Positions 1 through 9,108 of a DNA stretch of 64,000 bases are shown in pieces; position 1 is the first letter of the stretch, and every line of letters starts with the position of its first letter. The translations under genes were made by a program, and so were the position numbers. This DNA is from Vulcanimicrobiota bacterium (GTDB taxonomy: Bacteria; Vulcanimicrobiota; Vulcanimicrobiia; Vulcanimicrobiales; Vulcanimicrobiaceae). Where the stretch lies: NCBI GenBank assembly GCA_963820825.1, contig CAWGBN010000007.1:224001-288000 (forward strand), read 5' to 3'. Under the pieces are notes generated by a model. The model saw only the letters and a program-made list of their open reading frames with translations, ran no database searches and had not been told where the DNA came from.

Positions 1-170
1 CACTGGCGCGCAACGGCGCGGTAGTTGAGATTCCACGCCGCCTCGAAGAGCAGCGGCGGCAGGAAGACGTAGAGCGTCGCGTGCCCCAAGGCGTAGGCGA
101 AGCGGCCCGGTTGGATCAAGCCAAAGCCGAGTCCCAATCCGACGACGACCAGAATCTGCCAGAGCTTCAC
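1..170 (-). CDS. CPA1-family cation:proton (Na+/H+) antiporter, N-terminal part (runs off window)
   Basis: Manual translation from GTG at 170: MKLWQILVVVGLGLGFGLIQPGRFAYALGHATLYVFLPPLLFEAAWNLNYR; FLPPLLFEAA is the NhaP/CPA1 motif. Confidence 0.75.
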   Translation of the reverse strand, partial: MKLWQILVVVGLGLGFGLIQPGRFAYALGHATLYVFLPPLLFEAAWNLNYRAVARQ

Positions 171-182
171 GGCGCGGACGAA

Positions 183-1415
183 CTAGTGCGTGTGCGTGAA
201 GTTGCCGACGCGCGCGAGGCTGCCTAGGCGTTCGATTGCCTGGCGCATTCCAATCACCGCACGGGGCCGGCCGACCGCCTCGAAATAGACCGCCGGATCG
301 ATGTTGAGCGTGCGCGTCTGCATCATGAAGACCGGCGTTTCGCGAAGGAACGCCTCGCTCGCCGCGACCTCTTCCTCATCGTCGGTTACGCCCGGATGGG
401 TGAGCAGGTTCAGACTCACACGCAGGCCGCGCGCGACCGCCAGCCGGATCGAGGCGAGAACGTCGTCGAGCGTGTATCCGATCGGCCGATAGTAGGCCGC
501 GTAGACGCGCGAACGAAACGAGTTCAGACTGACGCGCACGGCGTCGAGGCCCGCATCGATGCAGCGCGCCAGCGCGCGTGGCTGACTCCCGTTGGTGTTG
601 AGGTTGACGACTCCGTTCGAACGCGCCGCGCGAATCAGCTCGATCGCGCGAGCAATCGCAACCGAACGCAGCAGCGGCTCGCCTTCGCACCCTTGCCCGA
701 ACGAGACGATCCCCTCGTCAACGCGCTCCAAATGATGGATCGCGACGGAGGCAAGCTCCTCGGCCGCCGCCTCTTCGGCGATGCGCGCTTGCGGTGACGG
801 CACGCTCTCGGGCTCCTGCTCCGAGATGCAGCCGATGCAGCGCGCGTTGCACTTCGGCGAGACCGGCAACGCCGCCTCACCTCGCTCGAGAAAGACGTTC
901 TGCGCGGTGAAGCAGGCGTAATCGCGCGAGCAGAGCGCGACCTGCCGCAAGACGCGATTCTCCGGATCGAGCGCCGTGCGCCGCGCGATCGACGCCTCGA
1001 GCTCTCCGCCACGGAAGACCCGCGGCTCCCAATCCTCGCCTTCGTCGGTTCGCATCGCCGCGACGTATAAGCGATCGTCGAGAGCACAGGCGAACGTGTA
1101 TCCGAAGAGCGGAAGCATCGGCGCGCCGCGCGCGGACGCATATGCGGGCAGCAACAAGCGCGTGTATCCCGCCGGCAGCGCGATGGCCATCGCACTGCGT
1201 TGCGCGATCGGTCCGATGGTCGTCAGCGGATGGCGCTGCGGCAACACCATCTCCAACGTCCCGTGCGGAGCCGCAATCAGTTCGTCGAGTTGCGCCTCGC
1301 GGACGATCCCGCCGTCGGCAAAGGGAACGAGCCGCGCGTCGAAGGCAATGCGGCCGCGCGCATCGCATGAGGCGAGACCGACTCCGCCGGCCTCACGACA
1401 AGACGCGGACGCCAA
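183..1415 (-). CDS. Radical SAM protein of unknown function
   Basis: CxxxCxxC (CNARCIGC), SFGQGCEGEPL, LNTNG and VRVSLNS motifs. Start trimmed from the 183-1658 ORF to an in-frame TTG at 1415 near the dapF stop; start uncertain. Confidence 0.8.
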   Translation of the reverse strand: MASASCREAGGVGLASCDARGRIAFDARLVPFADGGIVREAQLDELIAAPHGTLEMVLPQRHPLTTIGPIAQRSAMAIALPAGYTRLLLPAYASARGAPMLPLFGYTFACALDDRLYVAAMRTDEGEDWEPRVFRGGELEASIARRTALDPENRVLRQVALCSRDYACFTAQNVFLERGEAALPVSPKCNARCIGCISEQEPESVPSPQARIAEEAAAEELASVAIHHLERVDEGIVSFGQGCEGEPLLRSVAIARAIELIRAARSNGVVNLNTNGSQPRALARCIDAGLDAVRVSLNSFRSRVYAAYYRPIGYTLDDVLASIRLAVARGLRVSLNLLTHPGVTDDEEEVAASEAFLRETPVFMMQTRTLNIDPAVYFEAVGRPRAVIGMRQAIERLGSLARVGNFTHTH

Positions 1416-2181
1416 GATCGACCTCCGTGTCGAAGACGCGTGCCGCAGGACCGATGAGATAGGCGACGCCGGCGGCGTCGAACTCGACGACGAGGCGCCC
1501 GCCCGGGACGAAGACTTCCACCGGCGAGCGCACCACGTTCCGTGCGACGGCGACCGCGGCCGAGGCAACCGCGCCCGTGCCGCAGGCCATCGTCGAACCG
1601 ACGCCGCGCTCCCAGTGACGCACCTCCAACGCGTTTGGGCCGCAGCGCGAAGCCGCATGAACGTTCACGCCTTCGCGCAGCAGCGGTTCCCGCGCCACGG
1701 CTTCGGCCACGGCCTCGAGATCGATGGCATCGACGTTCTCGCGGAAGATGACGACGTGCGGGTTGCCGACGTCTACGAAGGTGGCATCGGGGAGAATCGA
1801 GATCGCGATCTCGCCGATCTTCGGACGGCCCATCGCGACGCGCACCAAGTACTCGGGCTCGCGCGCAACGATCTCGGTTCGGACGATCCCGCCCTCGGTC
1901 TCGAAGGCAATCTTCTCGCCCTCGCCGTTCTCATCGAGCCAACGCGCGGCACATCGTATGCCGTTGCCGCACATCTCGGCTTCGCTGCCGTCGGCATTGA
2001 TCGTCCGCATTCGCACGTCCGCACGTTGCGATGGTTCGAGAAGGATCGCACCGTCGGCGCCGATCCCGGCGCGTCGATCGCAGGTCCATCGCGCAAACGA
2101 CCCCACGTCGGAGATCGGCGTGGTTCGCCCATCGACGACGACGAAGTCGTTACGCGCGCCGTGCATTTTGGTGACGTGCAT
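1393..2181 (-). CDS. dapF: Diaminopimelate epimerase
   Basis: KMHGARNDF, NADGSEAEMCGNGIRC, VGNPH and ERGVGSTMACGTG motifs. Confidence 0.96.
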   Translation of the reverse strand: MHVTKMHGARNDFVVVDGRTTPISDVGSFARWTCDRRAGIGADGAILLEPSQRADVRMRTINADGSEAEMCGNGIRCAARWLDENGEGEKIAFETEGGIVRTEIVAREPEYLVRVAMGRPKIGEIAISILPDATFVDVGNPHVVIFRENVDAIDLEAVAEAVAREPLLREGVNVHAASRCGPNALEVRHWERGVGSTMACGTGAVASAAVAVARNVVRSPVEVFVPGGRLVVEFDAAGVAYLIGPAARVFDTEVDLGVRVLS

Positions 2182-3086
2182 CAGTCGCGCTTCTCAGACC
2201 ATCGCAGCTTTTCCCGCACTACCGCTCGCACCGAGCCGGGTTCGACCCAAAGCGTCGCCGGTTCGCTGCGAAACCACGCACGCTGCCGTCGCGCGTAGCG
2301 TCGCGTCGCGCGCTCCAGCGCCGCAGCCAGTTCGGCTTGCGTCAACCACCCGCGCAAATACGCGCACGCTTGCGGGTAACCGACGGCGGTCGCGGCGATC
2401 GCCTCGCTGCCCAACCGTTCGGCCTCCTCGACGAGGCCGTGCGCCAACATCGACTCGATGCGCCGGGCGATGCGCGCATCGACGATCTCCCACGGCACGT
2501 CGAGAAAGATCAGCTCCCAGGAGAGACCGGCACTGCGCAGCGTTCGCGCCGGGCCTTCGCGGACCGTCGCGGATGGCTGCGCGAGCGCGACCTCCAGGGC
2601 GCGCAGGACGCGGTAGGTATCGTTGAGACCGAGCGCGCCTGCGCGCGCCGGGTCGCGCCGCTCGAGCCAGCCGTGGAGAAACTCCGCGGGGTGAAGATGC
2701 GCTTCGCGCGCGAGACGATGGCGCAGCGTTTCGTCATATTGCGGCGCCAATGCAACGCCCCCGGTCAGCGCCCGAATGTAAAAGCCCGTGCCGCCGGCCA
2801 CAATCGCCCGTTTTCGTCGCCGCCGAATATCTTCGAGGGCGTCGAGCGCGTCGGCGGCGTACCGCCCCGCGGAGTACCGCTCGCGCGGATCGAGGAAGCC
2901 GACGAGATGGTGCGGTACCTCGCCGAGCTGTTCGGGCGACGGCGCAGCCGTGCCGACCGCCATATCGCGGTAGATCTGCCGGGAGTCGGCTCCGACGATC
3001 TCCGCGTCGAACTCGCGCGCTAGCTCGATGGCGAGTTCGGTCTTTCCGCTCGCCGTCGAGCCGGCGAGGATCAGAACCTCAGACAC
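2181..3086 (-). CDS. miaA: tRNA dimethylallyltransferase
   Basis: GSTASGKT P-loop, DSRQIYR, PHHL, GGTGFY and TRRYARRQ motifs. Confidence 0.96.
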   Translation of the reverse strand: MSEVLILAGSTASGKTELAIELAREFDAEIVGADSRQIYRDMAVGTAAPSPEQLGEVPHHLVGFLDPRERYSAGRYAADALDALEDIRRRRKRAIVAGGTGFYIRALTGGVALAPQYDETLRHRLAREAHLHPAEFLHGWLERRDPARAGALGLNDTYRVLRALEVALAQPSATVREGPARTLRSAGLSWELIFLDVPWEIVDARIARRIESMLAHGLVEEAERLGSEAIAATAVGYPQACAYLRGWLTQAELAAALERATRRYARRQRAWFRSEPATLWVEPGSVRAVVREKLRWSEKRD

Positions 3087-4710
3087 GCTTGAACATGCGA
3101 GCGATCTCGTCGGAGCTCAGGCGCACCATCGTCGGTCGCCCGTGCGGACAGTGCATCGGATTCTCGCACGCCTGCAAGCGCTCCACGAGCATCGTCATCT
3201 CCTCGCCTTCGAGCGGCTCGCCGGCCACCGTTACCGAATGACATGCAAGCGATGCCCAGACGCGTTCGCGTACGTCGCGCTGCTTCGGCTCGTCGCTCAA
3301 ATCGTCGACGAATCCCATCACGTCGAAGCGCCGTGCACCGTAGCCGAACGGGGTTGCGACGATACGATAGGTGCGCTCGCCGAACGGCTCGATCTCCAGA
3401 CCCCCTTCGCGCAGCAACTCGATCGTTCGATCGAGCACCGCGCTGCGCGCGGGATCGAGTTCGACGAGATACGGCACGAGCAGCGGCTCGCTCGCGGATT
3501 GCCCGCGCGACGCGGCGACGATATTCTCATAGGCGATACGCTCGTGCGCCCCATGCTGATCGACTAAGAGCAGCGCCTCACCGTCGGAGGCGAGGATGAA
3601 GGTGCGGTCGAGCTGCGCGAGTACGCGCAGCGCGGCGCCGTTGCGTTCCGGTGGACCAAAGGAGAACTCCGGCATCTCGCCGAGGCCCGTATGCTCGCGG
3701 AAGCGCTCTTTTGCGTGAGCGCCGAGCGTCGCGACGATCGTTCGCCGGACCGCATCGAAGACTTGATTGCCGTAGCGCAGGCGCACGTCGCTCTTGGTCG
3801 GATGTACGTTCGGATCGACGTGCTCGGGCGGTAGATCCAAGAAGAGCGCGCCGTATGGATGGCGCCCCGTCATCGCGTACGTCGCATAGCCGCTCGTCCA
3901 AGCGCCCGCGAGAAGCGTGCTGCGCAAGAGCCGTCGGTTGACGAAGAGCAGCTGCATCCGGCGATCGGGACGGTCGTCGCCGGGCGCGCTGATAAAGCCG
4001 CGCAGCCGGCCTTCCAGCATCCGGCTCGCATCGGTTTGCAGCGAAAGCATCGTGCGAGCGGCTCCCCGACCGAATACCATCGCCAAGCGCTCGCGCTCGT
4101 CGGCACTCGCCGGCATCACCCAAACGTCTTTTCCATCGTGACGCAGCGTAAAGGCCGTCTCGGGATATGCCAGCGCGAAGCTCGAGAGCCACGACGAGAT
4201 GCGGTTGAACTCCGAGCTCGCCGAACGCAAATATTCGCGTCGAACCGGAACGTTTTCGAAGAGCGCGCCGATGCGGACCGAGGTACCGATCGGCGCCGGC
4301 ACCGCCTCGGTGCCACTCGCCGACTCGCCGTGCGCGCGCACGAGCGCACCGACGGAAGCCTCCGCTCGGCGTGAGATCAACTCCATGCGAGCAACCGCCG
4401 CGATCGAGGCGAGACCCTCGCCGCGAAATCCGAGCGTTCCGATCGATTCGAGTTCGCTTGCCTGGCGAAGCTTGCTCGTTGCATGACGACGAACCGCGAG
4501 CGTCATCTCCTCGGGTGCGATTCCCATTCCATCGTCGATGACTTCGATCAACTCGAGGCCGCCGCGTTCGATATTGACGGTGATGCGGCTCGCACCGGCA
4601 TCGACCGCATTCTCGACGAGCTCCTTGACGACCGAAGCGGGACGCTCGACGATCTCGCCGGCAGCAATCTGTCCGATGGTCACGACGTCGAGTTCGCGTA
4701 TGCTCGCCAC
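3079..4710 (-). CDS. mutL: DNA mismatch repair endonuclease MutL
   Basis: IAAGEIVERPASVVKELVEN, GFRGEGL, DPNVHPTK; C-terminal endonuclease motifs DQHGAHE, ACH and CPHGRP. Confidence 0.97.
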   Translation of the reverse strand: MASIRELDVVTIGQIAAGEIVERPASVVKELVENAVDAGASRITVNIERGGLELIEVIDDGMGIAPEEMTLAVRRHATSKLRQASELESIGTLGFRGEGLASIAAVARMELISRRAEASVGALVRAHGESASGTEAVPAPIGTSVRIGALFENVPVRREYLRSASSEFNRISSWLSSFALAYPETAFTLRHDGKDVWVMPASADERERLAMVFGRGAARTMLSLQTDASRMLEGRLRGFISAPGDDRPDRRMQLLFVNRRLLRSTLLAGAWTSGYATYAMTGRHPYGALFLDLPPEHVDPNVHPTKSDVRLRYGNQVFDAVRRTIVATLGAHAKERFREHTGLGEMPEFSFGPPERNGAALRVLAQLDRTFILASDGEALLLVDQHGAHERIAYENIVAASRGQSASEPLLVPYLVELDPARSAVLDRTIELLREGGLEIEPFGERTYRIVATPFGYGARRFDVMGFVDDLSDEPKQRDVRERVWASLACHSVTVAGEPLEGEEMTMLVERLQACENPMHCPHGRPTMVRLSSDEIARMFKRV

Positions 4711-4734
4711 GCGCCGAGAGTTCGCGGCTCGGGG

Positions 4735-4762
4735 TTGACAAAGCCTCGGTCGCGAGTATCCT
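4735..4762 (+). promoter_or_regulatory. Sigma70-type promoter for the M-box/NRAMP transcript
   Basis: TTGACA (4735-4740), 16-nt spacer, TATCCT (4757-4762), about 9 nt upstream of the M-box aptamer. Confidence 0.7.
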
Positions 4763-4770
4763 GGTTAAGG

Positions 4771-4934
4771 ATTCCTCGTTAGGTGAGGCGTCTGCACGAA
4801 GAGATGCCGCTGCCCGGAAAGGTCGAGAGACCCCAACGGGTGACCAGACTCCGCCGAATCAAGGCGGAATCTAACGCGGCCGCCCCAAGCCTGGGGCTAG
4901 GTTGTGCAGTGCTAAAGCTCGACACTGAGGGAGA
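4771..4934 (+). promoter_or_regulatory. M-box (ykoK) Mg2+-sensing riboswitch aptamer
   Basis: Conserved ykoK segments in the correct order: CTCGTTAGGTGAGGC, GCTGCCCGGAAAGGTCGAGAGACCCCAACGGGT, AAGG, TAACGCGGC, CAGTGCTAAAGCTCGAC; closing TTCCTC/GAGGGA stem; upstream of an Mg2+-type NRAMP gene. Confidence 0.92.
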
Positions 4935-4965
4935 TGGCGCGGTCGTCGCCGCGCGGAGTTTCTCG

Positions 4966-5006
4966 AACTGTCGGCCCGCGAGGAGCGTCGGCAGTTTTTT
5001 ATTTTT
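4966..5006 (+). terminator. Intrinsic terminator, expression platform of the M-box
   Basis: AACTGTCGGC...GTCGGCAGTT stem (with G-U pairs) followed by a T-rich run (TTTTATTTTT). Confidence 0.8.
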
Positions 5007-5140
5007 GAAAGGGGGTGATGCCACGCCATGGACGACGGACCAGCTAGTCGATCGAGCCTGCGGCTCTTGACGAGCCGCGCATTTCACGCTGCGCCTGCGT
5101 TCGCCGGCACGGCAAACTAAGAGAGAGGGAGATCTGTGTC

Positions 5141-5287
5141 GTGAAAACGTTTCTGGCCTTTTTGTTCGATTTCGGCCGCAACCGGCTTGGAATCGGTAAC
5201 GGCTCGGCGCATGACGAGACGCTGCGCGCGAATCAAGGGGACCGTACCGGTCCGGCATTCAGCTTCTGGCGCGCCCTCGTTAGCTGA
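5141..5287 (+). CDS. Putative 48-aa small protein in the M-box leader
   Basis: GAGGGAG RBS at 5125-5131, GTG at 5141, MKTFLAFLFDFGRNRLGIGNGSAHDETLRANQGDRTGPAFSFWRALVS, TGA at 5285-5287; below the ORF-track size cutoff. Confidence 0.5.
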   Translation: MKTFLAFLFDFGRNRLGIGNGSAHDETLRANQGDRTGPAFSFWRALVS

Positions 5288-5309
5288 CTCCTAGCGCGAG
5301 CTTCCCGCG

Positions 5310-6623
5310 ATGACCTCCGCTGCGACGCGCGCCGTTCGCCCGAGCCTCTGGCGATCCGTCGTGATGTTTCTCTCGATCGTCGGACCCGGAATAATTACCG
5401 CCAACGCCGACAACGACGTCGGCGGAATTCTCACGTACTCGCAAGCCGGGGCACAGTTCGGCTACTCGCTGCTCTGGCTGCTCGTGCCGGTGACGATCGC
5501 GCTGGTCGTCGTTCAAGAGATGTGCGCGCGGATGGGGGCGATTACCGGCAAGGGTCTCGCCGACCTCATTCGCGAGAACTTCGGCGTCAAGGTCACCTTT
5601 TGGTGTCTGCTGCTCTTCGTGCTCGGCGGAATCGGGAACACGGCCACCGAGTTTGCCGGGATCGCCGCGACCGCGCCGATCTTCGGCTCCTACCTGCACG
5701 TAGCGCACGTCGAGGCCTTTAAGGTTGCGATGGTGGTCGGCGCCGCGATCTTCGTCTTCGTCGGCGTTACCCGCGGGAACGCCAAGTCGATCGAACGCAT
5801 CTCCCTCATCTTCTGCGTCGTGTATATTGCCTACGTCATCAGCGCGTTCGCCGTGCACCCGGATTGGCCCGACGTTTTGCGCCAAACCGTCGTTCCGCAC
5901 ATACAGGCCTCCAAGGCATACGTCATTATGATCATCGCCGTCATCGGAACGACGATCTCTCCCTGGATGCAGTTCTACATTCAAGCGGCGGTCGTCAACA
6001 AAGGCGTGCGCGAGGACGACTACAAGTACTCCCGCATCGACGTCGTCACCGGCGGGATCTGGACCGACGTCGTCGCCTATTTCATCATCGTCTCGTGCGC
6101 GGCGACGATCTTCATTCACAACCTGCATGCGGCGCACCCGATCGTCGTAAAGGACGTCGGCGACGTCGCCGTGGCGCTGGCGCCGATCGCCGGAAAGTTC
6201 GCTTCGCTGCTCTTCGCGCTCGGCTTGCTCAATGCCGCGGTCTTTACCGCGTCGATCCTTCCGCTCTCGACCGCCTACTACGTCTGCGAGGCGTTCGGCT
6301 TCGAGCGCGGGGTGGACCATCGCTTCTCCGAGGCGCCGATCTTTTACAGCTTCTACTTGGCGCTGATCCTCATCGGCGCGAGCGCGGTAATTCTTCCCGG
6401 CGCCCCGCTGCTGACGATTATCTTCTACTCGCAGGTGCTCAACGGCATGCTCCTGCCGATCGTCTTGGTCTTGATGCTGTTGCTGATCAATAACAAGCGC
6501 TTGATGGGCCGCTGGACGAACGGCCCGGTCTTCAACACCATCGCTTGGGCGACGGTCGCCATCGTCGGCGCGCTGACGCTCATCTCGACGGCACAGCTAG
6601 TCTTTCCGTCGTTGGGAAGCTGA
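5310..6623 (+). CDS. NRAMP-related divalent metal (likely Mg2+, NRMT-type) transporter
   Basis: GPGIITANADNDVGGILTYSQAG (DNDxGG variant of NRAMP TM1), GTTISPWM in TM6, about 11 TM helices; M-box upstream. Confidence 0.9.
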   Translation: MTSAATRAVRPSLWRSVVMFLSIVGPGIITANADNDVGGILTYSQAGAQFGYSLLWLLVPVTIALVVVQEMCARMGAITGKGLADLIRENFGVKVTFWCLLLFVLGGIGNTATEFAGIAATAPIFGSYLHVAHVEAFKVAMVVGAAIFVFVGVTRGNAKSIERISLIFCVVYIAYVISAFAVHPDWPDVLRQTVVPHIQASKAYVIMIIAVIGTTISPWMQFYIQAAVVNKGVREDDYKYSRIDVVTGGIWTDVVAYFIIVSCAATIFIHNLHAAHPIVVKDVGDVAVALAPIAGKFASLLFALGLLNAAVFTASILPLSTAYYVCEAFGFERGVDHRFSEAPIFYSFYLALILIGASAVILPGAPLLTIIFYSQVLNGMLLPIVLVLMLLLINNKRLMGRWTNGPVFNTIAWATVAIVGALTLISTAQLVFPSLGS

Positions 6624-6626
6624 CCC

Positions 6627-9098
6627 TCAGGAGAGCAGCGGCAGCTGACGCTCCGGCGGCGCGCGTTTCGGCATCTTCTTGCGGAGCGGAACGCGCGACT
6701 CCAAATCGGCCTCGCCGGAGAGCGCGTCGGCGATCTCTTGCGCGCGCTCGACGACCGCTTCGGGCAAGCCGGCCATCCGCGCCACTTCGATGCCGAACGA
6801 GCGCGACGAGCTCCCCGGCTGCACGCGATGCGAGAAGACGGGGGCGCCACCGCGCGCGGTGTCTTCGACCGCCGTAATGTGATAGTTGACGACCGTCTGC
6901 CAGTGTTCGCTCAACGCGCAGAGCTCGTGGAAATGGGTTGCAAAGAGCACCAGCGGCGTCTGTTCGTCGAGCGATAGGAGAGACTCGCAGATTGCCTGCG
7001 CGATGGCAAGCCCATCGAGCGTGCCGGTGCCGCGTCCGACTTCGTCGATCAAGAGCAGCGAGCGCTGCGTGCTGCGGCGCAGAATGTTCGCCGCTTCGGC
7101 CATCTCCATATAGAAGGTCGATTGTCCCGAGGCGAGGTCGTCGCCGGCGCCGATGCGGGTGAAGATGCGGTCGACGATGCCCAGCTCCATCTTCTTCGCC
7201 GGTACGAACGACCCGATCTGGGCCATGATCGCCAGCAATCCGGTCTGCCGCAGATAGGTCGATTTGCCGCCCATGTTCGGCCCGGTCAGAAGCACGAAGC
7301 GCCGCTCGCCGGCGCGCAGATCGAGATCGTTCGGTACGAACTTCGCGTGGAGAATCGCTTCCATCACCGGATGGCGTCCATCGTCGATTGCCACGATGCT
7401 CTCGTCGACGAAGGTCGGACGCACGTATCCGCGCTCCGCCGAAACGTGCGCGAGCGCCGCGAGGACGTCGATCTCGGCGATCGTGCCGGCAGCCTCGAGC
7501 AGGTCGTCGGCGCGCGCCGCAATCCGTTCGACGAGCGCTTCGAAGAGCTGCGCTTCGAGCCGCTCCTGGCGCGACTGCGCCGTGGAAATCGCGAGCTCGA
7601 GCTCCTTGAGCTCGGGAGTGATGTAGCGTTCGCCGTTTGCCAGCGTCTGCTTGCGCACGTACTCCGGCGGCACGGCGTCGGCATGGTTCTTGCCGACTTC
7701 GATAGCGTAGCCGAAAGGACTCGCATACTTTACTTTGAGGGTCTTGATGCCGGTGCGCTCGCGTTCGCGCTCTTCGAGCTCCGAGAGTTTCGATCGGGTG
7801 TCGCTGCGCAACGCAAGGCATTCCGCAAGCTCGGCATTCGCTTCGGGGCGAATGGCGCCGCCCTCACCGAGCTGCGCGGGCGGCTCGTCGACGAGCGTTC
7901 GCTGCAGGTCGTCGAGCAGCTCGGAAAAATCGGCGATGCGCGCGAGCAGCCCCGCGAGTGCCTCGCCAGCCATGCGGCGCAGCGGTGCGAGGATCTCGAG
8001 CGTGCGCCGGAGCGAGGCGAGATCGCGCGGACTCGCGCGGCGAAAACGCACCTTCTGCGCGATTCGCTCGAGATCGAAGGCGCCGCGTAGGATCTCGCGG
8101 ATGGATCCGCGGCGCGAATGCTCGCCAAGCAACGACGCGACGGCATCCTGGCGGGACTCGATCGCATCGCGGTCGACGAGCGGCGCGAGAATCCAGCGCG
8201 CGAGCAAGCGCGAGCCCATCGCGGTCGCGCAGGCGTCGAGCGTCGCCAGCAGCGTCGCGCGCGGATTCTGACCCTGCGCGCGCGTCAGCTCGAGATGCTT
8301 GCGCGTTGCCGGATCGAGCACCAAAAAGTGACGGCGACGATAGAGCTGGGGCCGAATCGGTCCCGCCTCGCCGTTGGTGACGCCGGTGCGTTCGACGAAG
8401 GCGCGCAGCGCTTCGAGCGCGCGGTGAACCGCGAACGACTCTTCGAGCGAGTAGCCGTCGAAGGTTTCGCGTTCGCGGGTTTCGACGATCCCTAAACTCG
8501 GTGTAGCGAGTCGCGCACCCGTCGCCTCGATCGCGGTCGCGATCGTCGCGCGAAGATCGGCCGGCACGTCGGCGACGATCTCCGAGGGGGCGACCCGGGC
8601 GAGCTCGGCGAGCAGTTCGTCGTAGGCATCCTCCCCTCCGAGCGCCGTCGCCGCGGCGTAACTCGTCGAGACGTCGGCGTAGGCCAGGGCAAAGGTTTCG
8701 CCGACCGCCGCGACCGCGGCGATGAAATTGTTCTGCTTTCCGTCGAGGAGCTGCTCTTCGATCAGCGTGCCGGGCGTAACGAGCCGCACGATTCCGCGCG
8801 CAACGAGCCGGTTTGGCTGCGGGATCTCGAGCTGCTCGGCAAGCGCGACGATGAACCGCTGCTGCACGAGTTTGGCAAGATATCCCGGCAGCGCGTGGTG
8901 GGGCACGCCGGCCATCGCGACGCGCTTGCCGCCGCCGGCCTCTTTGCTGGTGAGTGCGATCTGCAGCGCGCGCGCGATCGTTTCGGCATCCTCGCCGTAA
9001 GCCTCGTAAAAATCGCCGACGCGCGAGAGCAAGATCGCCTCGGGATGCTTGTTCTTCATCCCAAAGTACTGCTCGAGCATCGGCGAAAACTTTGCCAA
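6627..9098 (-). CDS. mutS: DNA mismatch repair protein MutS
   Basis: SPMLEQY, RVGDFYE, MAGVPHH, TGPNMGGKSTY, STFYMEM, DEVGRGT, FATHFHEL and SFGIEVA motifs. Confidence 0.98.
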   Translation of the reverse strand: MAKFSPMLEQYFGMKNKHPEAILLSRVGDFYEAYGEDAETIARALQIALTSKEAGGGKRVAMAGVPHHALPGYLAKLVQQRFIVALAEQLEIPQPNRLVARGIVRLVTPGTLIEEQLLDGKQNNFIAAVAAVGETFALAYADVSTSYAAATALGGEDAYDELLAELARVAPSEIVADVPADLRATIATAIEATGARLATPSLGIVETRERETFDGYSLEESFAVHRALEALRAFVERTGVTNGEAGPIRPQLYRRRHFLVLDPATRKHLELTRAQGQNPRATLLATLDACATAMGSRLLARWILAPLVDRDAIESRQDAVASLLGEHSRRGSIREILRGAFDLERIAQKVRFRRASPRDLASLRRTLEILAPLRRMAGEALAGLLARIADFSELLDDLQRTLVDEPPAQLGEGGAIRPEANAELAECLALRSDTRSKLSELEERERERTGIKTLKVKYASPFGYAIEVGKNHADAVPPEYVRKQTLANGERYITPELKELELAISTAQSRQERLEAQLFEALVERIAARADDLLEAAGTIAEIDVLAALAHVSAERGYVRPTFVDESIVAIDDGRHPVMEAILHAKFVPNDLDLRAGERRFVLLTGPNMGGKSTYLRQTGLLAIMAQIGSFVPAKKMELGIVDRIFTRIGAGDDLASGQSTFYMEMAEAANILRRSTQRSLLLIDEVGRGTGTLDGLAIAQAICESLLSLDEQTPLVLFATHFHELCALSEHWQTVVNYHITAVEDTARGGAPVFSHRVQPGSSSRSFGIEVARMAGLPEAVVERAQEIADALSGEADLESRVPLRKKMPKRAPPERQLPLLS

Positions 9099-9108
9099 GC
9101 CCGATTTC

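Noticed and set aside
3540..3565. Inactive MutL endonuclease (DQHGAHE instead of DQHAAHE)
   Set aside because: The Asp, His and Glu ligands and the ACH and CPHGRP motifs are intact; Ala-to-Gly is conservative.
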